NCBI RefSeq assembly: GCF_018350175.1
Contig: NC_058368.1
Location: forward strand, 134,046,001 to 134,110,000
Source: Felis catus
Taxonomy: Eukaryota
Reading direction: 5' to 3'
Length of the DNA: 64,000 bases
A program made the translations under genes and the position numbers. The number at the start of each line of letters is the position of its first letter. Position 1 is the first letter of the stretch. Under the pieces are notes generated by a model. That model made no database searches. It was not told the origin of the DNA and saw nothing but the letters and a program-made list of their open reading frames with translations. Positions 38,701 through 50,034 of the stretch are shown here, piece after piece.

Positions 38701-39828
38701 TAGCCTGTGCTCAGCACACACGTATGTTCTCTTTCTCTTGCTTTGGTGACTGAGAAAGTACGGTTTAGCAAGTCCTAGATGGATGTTGAAACATTTATTC
38801 AAAAGTAGCTAATCTTATGTAAATGGTGTTTCTAAATTGCTGCCACATTTTGGAAGGCCTAGAGTTTTTCTACAATTAATGAAAACACTTTCTCAAACAA
38901 CTTCTGAGTAGTAAGAATCCCAGTGAAAGAGAAAAATTTGGCTTTCGAAAGAGATACTGATGAATTTCCTGATAGTGTCTTTTCAAGTAGAGCAGCTGTG
39001 ATACAGTGACATGATTTTGCTCCCCTAAAACATAGGGGGCTAATTGGAGGGTACCTAAATTAATTCCAAAAGATATCATTATTTTGCCTGGAGCAAGTTT
39101 TAAACTGGAAAATACTTGAAATCATATGTTTTATTCAGTATCAAATTCTTTACGTTTATGGTGAGGAGACTCAACAGATTTTCTTCTGGACCTTTGAGAA
39201 AATGGACCTGGGTACATGGCAAGATCTAGGTCTTTGTGCTGCTTTCCCATGATAACCAGACGCTTTTCTTAGAAATAGTTGACCTGTCGCGTTTTGGCAA
39301 ACTCATAATATCCCCTCCTTAGCAGTAGAGGCAGGTTAAAGCATATGTTTATAGTTGATTTTATTTTGAGTCAGTTGGGCAGTGCCTACTGTGTGCATGC
39401 CAGAGGGAGGTTTTACAGCTGAATGTTCTATTCCGGTGTGTTAAGGTCTCTGTGGTCTGTTTTAGGATTCCTTCTCAAGTTTATTAACAGTTTTATATAT
39501 GTCATTTGTTTCCCATTTTATGCTGTTCCAAATTTTAAACATGCCACAAGTAATTTCCTTTTCTCTTCTTCTTTTCAACCTTATTTATTTTCTTTGGAAT
39601 GCTCACAGACACGTCTTATGTTCTGAGGAGCTGTCGGTTATGTGCCCCTCTGGGATCAGAGTGATTTTGACCATGAGAATGGGCATCTTTGAGATCTCAT
39701 GGAAAATGGCTCTACATCAGCCGTCTGGACCTGGGAAATGCCATCCCATTGTTCCACTGAGTGAATGTAGGCCACACAGAGACAGGATGATGGATATGCC
39801 GTGATTCTTTGATGCTACGGAGGAACAG

Positions 39829-40556
39829 TTTTTAAAAATAACTTTGTATTTTGGAAGAATGTTAGATTTGTAGAAACCTACAACTGCCAAGAGAACACAC
39901 AGAGTTTCCAAACATTCCTCACTCATTTTTCCCCCATTGTTAACATTTTACGTCACCACAGTACATTTGTCACAACTAACAAATCACCATTGTTACAGTA
40001 CTATTAAGTAAACTCCAGATTTTATTTGTATTTCACAAGTTTCCACATTCATGTTCTTTTTCTGTGCCAGGATCCAATCCGGGGCACCACGCTGGAATTG
40101 GTTTTCACGTCTTCTTAGTCTGTGCTCTGTGACAGTTTCTCAGTCTCTCTGTGGTGTTTAGGACCTTGCTGGTCTTGGGTTCATGGCCAGGCACTTTGTT
40201 GATGCTCTTTATTTTGCATGTGTTTGATGTGTTTCTCATGCTTAGACTGTGATTATGGGTTTGGGGAAGAAAACCACAGAGAAGGGCCCTCCTCATCCAC
40301 TTGACATGTTATTGGGGGCACATGGTATCTACATGATTTTCACTGATGAGGTTAAGCTTGATCGTTCTGTTATGGTAGGTTTTGCGAGCTTCTCCACTGT
40401 AAGGTTATTATTTTCCCTTGTCTGTACTGTTTTTTTATGCAAATCACTGAGTCCAGCTCATGCTCAGGGTGTGATTTAAGCTCTACTTCCCAGAGAGGGG
40501 AATATCTCCTTACAGTGTTTTGAATTCCTCTACGAGAAAGATTCGTCCCCTCTCTC
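39829..40556 (-). mobile_element. L1MC-type LINE-1 3'UTR fragment
   Basis: CCCATTGTTAACATTTTAC...TACATTTGTCACAACTAA...CCAGGATCCAATCC...GTGACAGTTTCTCAGTCT...GATGTGTTTCTCATGCTTAGACTG. Confidence 0.85.
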
Positions 40557-42495
40557 CTAAGTGATTTTTTGAGGTGTGGATGTAATGGAAATCCTCTGAG
40601 TCAGTAAGAGGTCCATTGTTCTTTGCTTGGTATAAGTAGAAACTTGGATTTTTCTTTGGGGTTCTTTGGGATCATTAAGAGACAGGAGGAAATTTCTGAG
40701 GTAGTCATTTCTGCACCACTGAGACAAAAGGGGCATATATTTAGATCCTCTCTGGCCTTCGTTCAAGCATGTTTTCCCCATGCACCCCCCTAGAGCCTGT
40801 ACCACTCCTTCAAGATCATACCTTCTGGTATCCAGGACCCTGGAATTCTCTGCCCAGATGGCCCCGAGCCCACTTCCAGGACCTCTGTGGTCCTCTTCTT
40901 CAGGTCTGTCTCCAGAAGGAAGACTGGGCCACTGATAGGCAAATTTCTAGGCCTAGGGGTAATTAATGGCTACTGTGGACAGAATCTGGATATGCAGTCT
41001 GGGTGTCTACATATGTGTGGATAGATGTGCAGGAGCAAGCTAGGTTTGGGAAGGCAAGGGGACAGTCCACAGCTCAGAGGCTGGGATTGCTTCTCCCGTC
41101 AAGGCCACTCACTGATGTCATGTTCTGGTCCAATTCTGAGAATTCTCATTTTGAGTCTGGCTATTCAGGTTGTTGGAAAGGTGTAGCTGTTAAGAAAGGA
41201 GAATAGAACATAGTTAGAGTGTTTGCTGGGCTTTATAATTGAGATATATGACATGGGGACCTCTATTTATACTCTTGCCCTGGGCTCTGAAAATATTTGA
41301 GATAGCCAAAAATATCTGTTTATGCACAAAACTAGGTGGAGAAAATGTTGGGGCTTTTGGCCATATCTGCTTCTCACCTCCAGCACTCTGGAATGCCATG
41401 CCGTCCAGATAACAGCTATGGCCATGCGTATGCTGACTCTTCTTGGGACACAGAGTGTCTTTTAAATTCCTTGAGAGGTCTGAGTAGAGGGACTTCTCTG
41501 CTGTCAAAATAGAGGCCTTGTCTTTGCTCTTGTCTACCTAGAATTCCCTTTTATTCACTTAAATCTGTTTTCACCACTCTACCTATCCAACCCTCCATTA
41601 CCTGAAATTCTCCTTTTCCCACGAAGTTTTCCTTAGTTATTCAAATCTCTTCTTCAGAAAAGTGATACTATTACTCATTTGTAGATGTGGCTCCCTCCAG
41701 GTCACTCTTCTTTTCCTGTGCACACTTGGAATGCAGTGGCCCCAGACTCTAGGCTATCCCAAAGCACAGTGAGCTGAGAATTTAGCATGGCTTTATACTC
41801 AGTGTGGCTAAGTATAACTATTCTACTTTAAAATCTATTTAAATCAGAAATATTTTGGAGCAAGGCTGAGAGAAATGCTTAAAAACGCGTACAAATTGAT
41901 GGTTATTCACTCATCATTATTGATTCCTTAATCAAATCATGATTTTCTCCCAGGATTATTAGCATGTTTCTTGTAATTCCTCTACAGTCATGTGCCTGAT
42001 TCAAAAGTTATTTTGGGGAAAGATGAGGAACTGTAGGATTTCAGGTAACCCTGGGAGGTGGCAAAACCCTGTGGTCAGATCTGAATCAAAGAGTTTTATT
42101 GGCTCTTAATGGTGACTTTTTTTTCCAGCCTTGCCTGGGGCCTCAGTTCTTCTCTTTCTTATAATCTCTTAGTGGTTTTTTTTTTTTTTTTTTTTAAGTA
42201 CTTATGAGAGAATTGCCTTTTTGTTTTGGGGGCTAAGCCAAAATCCATAGAAGGTAATGTAACCAGAGAATGATGTCCAGATTAGAAGGAACTCTTCCGC
42301 CTTTCTTGCCTCTCCTAATGCTTTTATTCAGTAAACTATTAAAGGTATATTATTCTTACTATTTTTTTTAACAGTTTTGCTTCTTGAAAGACAATATATT
42401 CCTCTTCTGTGTTTGCTAATTATTTGTTTTGAAAATAGGGCCAGTGGCTATAATAAAAGGTACCAAGGTTTAAATATAGAGTTAGGAAGTCATTT

Positions 42496-42677
42496 CAGGG
42501 AACAAACTGAGGGTTGATGAGGGAGGTGGGGAGAATGGGTGATGGGCATTGAGGAGGGCACTTGTTGGGCTGAACACTGGTGTTGTATGTAAGCGATGAA
42601 TCATGGGAATCTAAGAAGCGTGAGCACACTGTATACCATCTACGTTACCTAACTTGACAATAAATTTTATTAAAAAA
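42496..42677 (+). mobile_element. 5'-truncated carnivore L1 3' end
   Basis: GAACAAACTGAGGGTTGATG...ATGGGTGATGGGCATTGAGGAGGGCACTTGTTGGG...CTTGACAATAAAT; same 3'UTR as the 47320 element; degenerate TSD GTTAGGAAGTCATTT/GCTATGAAGTGATTT. Confidence 0.9.
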
Positions 42678-43499
42678 GCTATGAAGTGATTTTGCTATGA
42701 AACTTATACAGCGTATGTTTTCAATTTTATGTAATTTAACATTTAGTTATATTCCATCTTGCATTGACTTGTTGCTTTCATTCATTCAACAAATCTGTAT
42801 TAAACATCTACTGTTAGGCTGTGTTCTAGGTGCTAGGAATATAGTAGTGAACACATAGGTAAAAATTATTGCTCTTGTGAAGCTTCTATTTTAAGGACCC
42901 AAGACAGTAAAAAGAAGTAATATAAACACTTTTTTGGATGGTGTTAAGTGTTAAAGAGAAAAATAAAACAGGAAAGAGGGCTAGGATGTGCGGGTGGGGG
43001 GTTGCAGTTTAAATAGGATCATTTGGGAAGGCCTTACAGCAAAGACTGATGGAGGTGGGGGGGAGCAGGACACTTGGATCTGGGAGAAAAGGCATAGGAA
43101 ATAGCAAGTTCAGAGTCATCTAGGGAGCAGGCCTGGTGTGTTTGCCAAGCAGGGAGGAAGCAGGTGCTGACAGCAGTGAATGATGGGGGTTACAGAAGAT
43201 AACACTGGGGTGCCAAGTGGGGGCCAGTTTGTGTGGGACCCACTTTGGCTTTCACGCCAGTGTGATGGGTGCCATTGTAAGGGCTGGAGAAGAGCAGTAA
43301 TGTAATCTGACTTAATTTTCAAAGTGTCACTGTGGCTGCGTGTGGAGAAGGTTCCAGGTTGAGCAGCAAGAGAAACCAGTGGCCTGTCTGGTCTAGAGGC
43401 TGCTGTGATACTGTAGGGGCAGGGTGATGGTTTGGGCCAGGGTTGGACATTGAACAGATACTGAGAAGAGTTCGGGGTGTAGAGATACTGTATATGTAT

Positions 43500-43672
43500 G
43501 TTTTTTTAAGAAATAACAGGCTTATTTAGATATACTATCCACGACACCCAGTTAAAGTGTACAACTCACTGGTTTTTAGTATATTCACAGATCTGTGTAA
43601 TTATTACCATGACCAGTTTTAGAACATTTTCATCACCTTAAAGTATCCCTTAGCCGTCACTGCTCAATCTCC
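43500..43672 (-). mobile_element. L1MB-type 3' fragment nested in L2
   Basis: TTAAAGTGTACAACTCACTGGTTTTTAGTATATTCACAGA...TTTTAGAACATTTTCATCACC. Confidence 0.8.
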
Positions 43673-43746
43673 TTTCAGTTGGGCAACTGAGATGGGGAAA
43701 ACTGTAGAAAGTACAGGGTTGGGGAATTATTGGGAGTTTACTTTTA

Positions 43747-43940
43747 GGAGCACCTGGGTGGCTCAGGTCATGATCTTGCGGTTCGTGGGTTCAAGCTCCA
43801 CGTCGGGCTCTGTGCTGGCAGCTCAGAGCCTGGAGTGTGCTTCGGATTCTGTGTCTCCCTCTCTCTCTGCCCCTCCCCCACTTACATTGTGTCTCTTTCT
43901 CTCTCTCAAAAATAAATAGACATTAAAAAATTGGAAAAAA
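43747..43940 (+). mobile_element. CanSINE with 5' internal deletion
   Basis: CACCTGGGTGGCTCAGGTCATGATC junction; remainder felid-type; TSD TTTACTTTTAG/TTTATTTTTAG. Confidence 0.93.
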
Positions 43941-44602
43941 TTTATTTTTAGAAATGCTAATTTGAGATGCCTATTAGATATTTAAGTAGAGAAGGGAAGT
44001 TGGCATTTGATACGTGCTGTAGAAGTTCAGGGGAGGAGATGTGGCTAAAGATGAAAATTTGGGAGTCATCAGCATGTATCTGTGAATTTTTTCTGAATGA
44101 GATTATTAGTTCCTGGAGGTCATTTCATACAGTGTTGCCCACCAGGTTGCAAGGACCTTCCCTACAGACATCCCACGTTCATATAAATGAGTTCCTGCAT
44201 AGAAGTTGGCCCAGTTCCCACTTCTGCCAAGCTTGAAGCCCAACCAAGATGTCAGGCCCCACGTGGAGGAAGCTGGTGACCAGCCTCATCCAGCTCTCGT
44301 AAACTCTCCTGTCTCCTTCCACAGCATCACAGCCGCTCAGTCTGGAACCACTCCTTGGCCCACTCTTTGCATTTTGTTTTTCCCTACCCACCTCTCTCCC
44401 AACAATTGGATCTTTTCTGCTTTTGTCTCCTTTTTAGTATGTGACCTAAAATATTATCTCCTCAACTGTGCTGACCCTTGGGTTGTCAGATCAGACACTC
44501 CAATTCTCTCCCCCTTAATCCTGCTTTAGAAGAGTCTGAGGAATGCCTGTCCCTATTCAGCCAGAGCGTGATCGTTTCACCTGCTGCGCAGTACCTCCCA
44601 GG

Positions 44603-44800
44603 CAGTTTCGTGGTCTCAGCACCACAGACATTTTGGGCTGCACAAGCCTTTGTTCGGGGGCTCCCCTGTGCACTGTAGGGTGCTTAGCCCCACTCCTGGC
44701 CCAGATGTCTCCAGATGTCAGTAGTACTCCCCACCAGTTGTGAAAAACAAAACTGTTTCCAGACACTGCCCACTGCCCGCTGTCACCCGGGGGGTCCCTT
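44603..44800. mobile_element. MER20 hAT-Charlie MITE
   Basis: GACATTTTGGGC...CCTGTGCACTGTAGG...AGATGTCAGTAG...CCAGTTGTGA...TCCAGACACTGCC. Confidence 0.85.
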
Positions 44801-45072
44801 CCACCTCTAAAATTTGGTTATTTTATATCTATTCAAGCAGTCCTTCTCTCATTAATACACCTAACCTTCATCCTGTTTGCTAGGTTTGACTCTCTACACC
44901 GTGATCCCATTCACTTTTCTTGCCCTCTTTGACTTTTTCTTTTTTTCCCCCTTCTTCTCAGCTCATCTAAGAGCCATCTGTGAGTCACAGAATGGTGATG
45001 CTCCTGGAAAATAAGTGCAAAAATTAAGGCACATCTACATGTTGTGCAAGAAAAAGGAAAATCAAAAGTTTT

Positions 45073-45293
45073 TTTATAATTTTTTTTTTCCAACGTTTAT
45101 TTATTTTTGGGACAGAGAGAGACAGAGCATGAACGGGGGAGAGGCAGAGAGAGAGGGAGACACAGAATCGGAAACAGGCTCCAGGCTCTGAGCCATCAGC
45201 CCAGAGCCTGACGTGGGGCTCGAACTCACGGACTGCGAGATCGTGACCTGGCTGAAGTCGGACGCTTAACCGACTGCGCCACCCAGGCGCCCC
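45073..45293 (-). mobile_element. Young felid CanSINE (SINEC_Fc-type)
   Basis: Ends GTCGGACGCTTAACCGACTGCGCCACCCAGGCGCCCC with CpGs intact; perfect TSD AGGAAAATCAAAAGTTTT at 45055-45072 and 45294-45311. Confidence 0.98.
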
Positions 45294-45720
45294 AGGAAAA
45301 TCAAAAGTTTTAATAAAAAAAAAATTTGCCCTGAAAAATTAATCTTAGCCATCCTTAAAGCTCTTACCAGAATCTGTAACGTCATCTATTCAGTTCCGGT
45401 AGTCTTCAGATTCAAAATCTTCCTTAGGCGCCAACATCAAGTGAATGAAAGCACTTTTGGATTTAATTTAACATTGTTGCCATTGATTAATAGTATTGTA
45501 AGAGTATGGCTTCCCACACCCAGGGTCCACCTTGGCTGTGAAGGGATTGTTTTGGGATAATACACTTGAAGTTCCAATAAATGACTTTGAAATGAATTCT
45601 TGGGAATAGCTTCTAAGCTGGTGGCAGCATCTGCTTTTCATGATTGAATTACAATATAGAATCGGCACATGGAGGCAAGTGGTGGGTTTTGTGGGACTGA
45701 GGGTATTCCAATGTGGCTTG

Positions 45721-45940
45721 TTTTTTTGTTTTTTTGTTTTTTTTTACATTTATTTATTTTTGAGAGATGGAGTGCAGGCAGGGGAGGGGCAGAGAGAGAG
45801 GAAGACACAGAATCAGAAGCAGGCTCTTGGCTCTAAGCTGTCAGCACAGCCCCTGACGCGGGGCTCGAACCCACCATCTGTGAGATCATGCCCTGAGCTG
45901 AGGCAGGATGCTCAATCGACTGAGCCACCCAGGCTGCCCC
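45721..45940 (-). mobile_element. CanSINE (first of tandem pair)
   Basis: T-rich tail; ends CGACTGAGCCACCCAGGCTGCCCC. Confidence 0.93.
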
Positions 45941-45950
45941 AATTTTGCTT

Positions 45951-45995
45951 GTTTTTTTAAAGAAAAACAAGAGAGAGCACAAGCAGGGGAGGGTT

Positions 45996-46052
<57 letters not shown>

Positions 46053-46177
46053 CCAAAGCAGAATCCAGACTGAGCTGTCAGCAGAGAGATGGACATGAGG
46101 CCTGAAATCACAAACTGCACGATCATGACCTGAGCTGAAGTTGGACCCTTAACCGACTGAGCCACCCAGGGGCTCCT
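45951..46177 (-). mobile_element. CanSINE with (GA)n expansion (second of tandem pair)
   Basis: (AG)n ~45998-46049; ends CTTAACCGACTGAGCCACCCAGGGGCTCC. Confidence 0.93.
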
Positions 46178-46271
46178 CCAGTGAGGTTTTAAAACAATTT
46201 TGTTTCTATCTCAGGAGATGAAACATTGAGATGAACAGTGTTACAAATGCTTCCTGGCCTCACCCAGAAGC

Positions 46272-46311
46272 GTCAGTTACATTTTTCACTAGTCAGTTAC
46301 ATTTTTCACTA
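46272..46311. repeat. Perfect 20-bp tandem duplication
   Basis: GTCAGTTACATTTTTCACTA x2. Confidence 0.97.
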
Positions 46312-46854
46312 AGTGCTCCTTTGCTAGGTATTGTGAGGAGTTAAAAAAGCAATCATGGTCCTTAAGTAATGTTCTATCTATGGAAGCAGGCAAGAAAAAT
46401 AGAAAAATGTACAAAAAATTCAAGTAGGTATAACTGCACCTACATTTCTGCCATCCTTAGGGCTAAATAATTATTCCTACTGGGAAAAAGATGAATAATG
46501 AGAGCCAAGTGGGGTCAGTCAATAACCCCCCAGAATAAATTGCTAATCAGAAGTGGAGCTAGCACAGGCTGATGAATAACAAGGTTACTTGATCTGAAGA
46601 AAGAACCTGCTTCCCCTCATGTTCGTAATTATATCAATATAGGGAAAGAGACAACTTGGCTTTCACTGGGTTACAGCCAGATGATGTTGTAAATCAATTA
46701 CCGGTTCACAGGCACCCTCTCCTATGGTCGCCTGGTGGGGATATAAGCAACAGCTGACCCCACTGTGAATTGCTTCTGCAGCTTAATGATTGCCTTTGTA
46801 CCTAGCATATGTCTGTGCACAAGAGCTTGGGCTCAGATCCACGGAGAGCCCTGC

Positions 46855-47012
46855 TTTCAGAGCTTACCCTGCCCACTGATTACCTGGGGATCTTGTTAAA
46901 ATGCAGATTCTGGTTCAGTAGGTGCGGGGAGGGGCTTGGGATTCTGTTTCTAATAAGCTCCAGGTGTTGCTGGTGCTGCTGATCGATCCATGGAACACGT
47001 TTTGATCGGCAG
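46855..47012. mobile_element. MER5A hAT-Charlie MITE
   Basis: ACCTGGGGATCTTGTTAAAATGCAGATTCTGGTTCAGTAGGT...TTTCTAATAAGCTCCAGGTGTTGCTGGTGCTGCTG. Confidence 0.85.
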
Positions 47013-47319
47013 AATATTGGGAAGAAGAGTCTCACAATGGGAGAAACAAGTGGAATTTGAAAGGACTGGGAATTGAAGTGAGAAATGAGTGGATTTCATC
47101 TTTCTCTCCAGTCCCTCTTGTTCTGGATTTTTCTCTTCTTTCACTTCAGGGCTGTCCACCTCTTCGCTCCCCTCCCCCCGACTCCCTTTATACACACACG
47201 GCCAAGAGATCTGGATTCAGTAATCATGGTCCAGAACCTGGACGGAGGTCTTTGTCACCATTCTCCAGATGTTTCTCACATGCAAATCAACTTGAGATTC
47301 ACTCGTTTATCGTCTTGTA

Positions 47320-48148
47320 TTTTTTATTTTTTCAAAAATATAATTTATTGTCAAGTTGGCTAACAGTGTATACAGTGTGCTCTTGGTTTTGGGGGTAGAA
47401 TTGCATGAGTCATCGCTTGCATACAACATCCAGTACTCATCCCAACAAGTGCCCTCCTCAGTACCCATCACCCCATTTCCCCGTCTCCCCAACGCCCCAT
47501 CCACCCTCAGTTTGTTTTCTGTATTTAAGAGTCTCTTACGGTTTACCTCTGTCCCTCTCTTCTTGAAACTATTTTCTCCCCCTTCCCTTCCCCCATGGTC
47601 TTCTGTTAAGTTTCTCAAGATCCACATATGAGTGAAAACGTATGATATCTTTCTCTGACTGACTTACTTCACTCAGCATAATACCCTCCAGTTCCATCCA
47701 CATTGTTGCAAATGGCAGGATTTCATTCTTTCTTGTTGCCAAGTAGTTTTCCATTGTATATATAAACCACATCTTCTTTATCCCTTCATCAGTTGAGGGA
47801 CATTTGGGTTCTTTCTATAATTTGGCTTTTGTTGAAAGTGATGCTATAAACATTGGGGTGCATGTGCCCCTATGCATCAGGACTCCTGTGTCCTTTGGAT
47901 AAATTCCTAGTAGTGCTATTGCTGGGTTGTAGAGTAGTCCCATATGTTGTTTTTTTTGAGGAACCTCCACATTGTTGTCCGGAGCGGCTGCACAGGTTTG
48001 CCTTCCAACCAGCAGTACAAGAGGGTTCCCGTTCCTCCACATCCTTGCCAGCATCTGTCGTTTCCCGAGTTGTTAATTTTAGCCACTCTGACCGGTGTGA
48101 GGTGGTATTGCAGTGTGGTTTTGATTTATATTTCCCTGATGAGGAGTG
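47320..48148 (-). mobile_element. 5'-truncated carnivore/felid L1 (disrupted ORF2 C-terminus + 3'UTR)
   Basis: Minus-strand ORFs YNPAIALLGIYPKDTGVLMHRGTCTPMFIA and MWFIYTME...KNEILPFATMWMELEGIMLSEVSQSEKD are L1 ORF2 C-terminal peptides, broken by stops/frameshifts. Confidence 0.97.
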
Positions 48149-48312
48149 TAGTTTATGATTTTTTAAAAATGACTTCATAGTTATCTTTGAGACTGTCTTA
48201 ATTCAACACATAGAATTGTTACATGCTTGTGAATTATTCATGAATTATTTTTGTTGAAGAGAGACTGTATCTAACAAGATGGCTATTCTACGAGAAGTGG
48301 AGTAAAACTGCT

Positions 48313-48544
48313 TTTTTTTTTTTAAAGGTTTTTAATTTTTTTAATATATTTTTTTTTTGAGAGAGAGAGAGGGAGGGAGAAAATGAGTGAGCAGGGGAGG
48401 GGCAGAGAGAGGGAGACAGAGGATCCGAAGCAGGCTCCACACTGTGAGCGTAGAGCCCCGTATGGGGCTCGAACTCATGAACCCATGAGATCATAATCTG
48501 AGCTGAAATCGAGAGCTGGCTGCTCAACTGACTGAACCAGCCCA
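48313..48544 (-). mobile_element. CanSINE
   Basis: T tail, GGGGCTCGAACTC antisense B box; TSD GAGTAAAACTGCTTTT/GAGTGGAACTGCTTTT. Confidence 0.93.
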
Positions 48545-48632
48545 GAGTGGAACTGCTTTTTACCTGGACACCCAGGCACTTGGAGAGGCCTCCGAAGTGG
48601 ACCCCTCCCTCCCTCAGTCCCTTCACACACAG

Positions 48633-48792
48633 CAGCTGGTTCTCCAGGTCCTAGACAGCCTGTGGGTGTCTCCGGGAGCTTGTTGCAGATGCAGAGTTCT
48701 AGGGCCCTGTCCCGGACCTATGGAACCAGAATCTGCATTTTCATGAGATCCTCCCTTTCACTTCTGAGTATGTCACTCTCCAAGAACCACAT
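48633..48792. mobile_element. MER5-like hAT MITE
   Basis: GGGAGCTTGTTGCAGATGCAGA...GGACCTATGGAACCAGAATCTGCATTTTCATGAGATCC...AAGAACCAC. Confidence 0.7.
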
Positions 48793-48989
48793 CTGTCATG
48801 CCCTCGCCGTGTGTGTAGAGGCCCGGAACTCAGGGCCCCAGTGTCCCTGTTGAGGAGAACAGACGTGCCTGCTGCCCTCTTGCTTGCCTTTCCTCTCTGG
48901 CCTCATGCTGCAAGTTTCATTCTGTCAGATGGTGGGGTAGCATGATTCATCCTGTGAAACCACACACTTGTTGGGTGGAAATTTTTCTC

Positions 48990-49515
48990 TTGCGAAGCCA
49001 CGTTCTGCTTAAATGAATGTGCTTTTGGGTCTGCACTGATTCGCGAGTGCCAGATGCGGTGACGGGGGCGGGGGGGGCGGGGAAGGCGGGAGGGGGCAGC
49101 CCCAGACTCTCGCTCCGGTCGGCGTGCAGGGTCTGGCTCACTGTGGCTCTGGTGTGGTATCTCGCATTCTTGTCCTCGGGTTTCTGCTCTGAGATGGCCG
49201 CGTGATTACCACGCTTTGGCTCTCTGTTGCTTCTTTCTGGAATATCATCTTGACAGCCCAGATTTCATGAATGTCCCCATTGATGAGTGGAAGTATCTGT
49301 AGTCAGAAATGAACATGCCAAAGGCCGCTCAGACTATTTTTCCCCCTGCAGCTTCCTGTCATTTGTGGTGTTCTCTTCATAAACCACAGGGCTCGGCAGT
49401 AACTAGCGGCTGTTTACAGAGCTCTGGCGGTAATTAAGTCAAATTGGATCTGCTCTCTTAGTATGGTGAGGGCATATACTGACATCCATTATGTACCGGC
49501 GGGGTGCGGGGAGAA
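48990..49515. promoter_or_regulatory. CpG-rich candidate enhancer/alternative promoter with GC boxes and G4 motif
   Basis: Local CpG excess, GGGCGG boxes and five G-tracts at 49064-49096, RUNX TGTGGT/AACCACA, FOX TGTTTAC, TAATTA. Confidence 0.45.
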
Positions 49516-50034
49516 AAGCAATTCTTGTCAGTTTTGATACATGTTCAAGCTGGGGAGCATGTGAAGGAAGAAGGAGTTCTGTGGGTGAAATCAGAGTGCT
49601 GTGTGGGAAGCAGACCTGCCTTTGTGACTCCCAGGGGCTGAGCTGAAGAGTGGGGAGGAAAGGCCGGATGTCTGGTTGGCATGAGAGGAACATGCTGGGG
49701 TGAAGGGGGACACCCTCCCTGGAAAGTGCTGGCTGGATTGGAGAGGGACATCGTGGGCAGTGTCAACACCATCTGTGCGAACGTCCCAGAAACATCCCGT
49801 GGCTAGAGGCAGCATTGCCCCGACTCCAGCCTGGTCATGCCTTGTCACTTAATTAATTTTTGTTTTTTCATAAAATTCATCACCTTCTGGAGTAACCCTA
49901 TTTATTTCGTTACTCGCTTAGTGTTTGTCTTCTCCACCAGAACTTTAGCTGCATGAGAACAGGGACCTAACTTGTCTTGTGCATTTGTATACTTTTTGTG
50001 CTTGGTACTGTGACTGCAAAATACCAGCATCTAT

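Larger units (their letters stand above)
42775..44080 (-). mobile_element. L2a LINE interrupted by an L1M fragment and a CanSINE
   Basis: TTCATTCATTCAACAAAT...CTAGGTGCTAGGAATATAGTAGTGAAC tail; internal ATCTGACTTAATTTTCAAAG, TTTGAGATGCCTATTAGA, TTTGGGAGTCATCAGCAT. Confidence 0.85.

Noticed and set aside
47569..48178. ORFs with clear protein similarity
   Set aside because: Broken LINE-1 ORF2 C-terminal fragments, not a host gene or active element.
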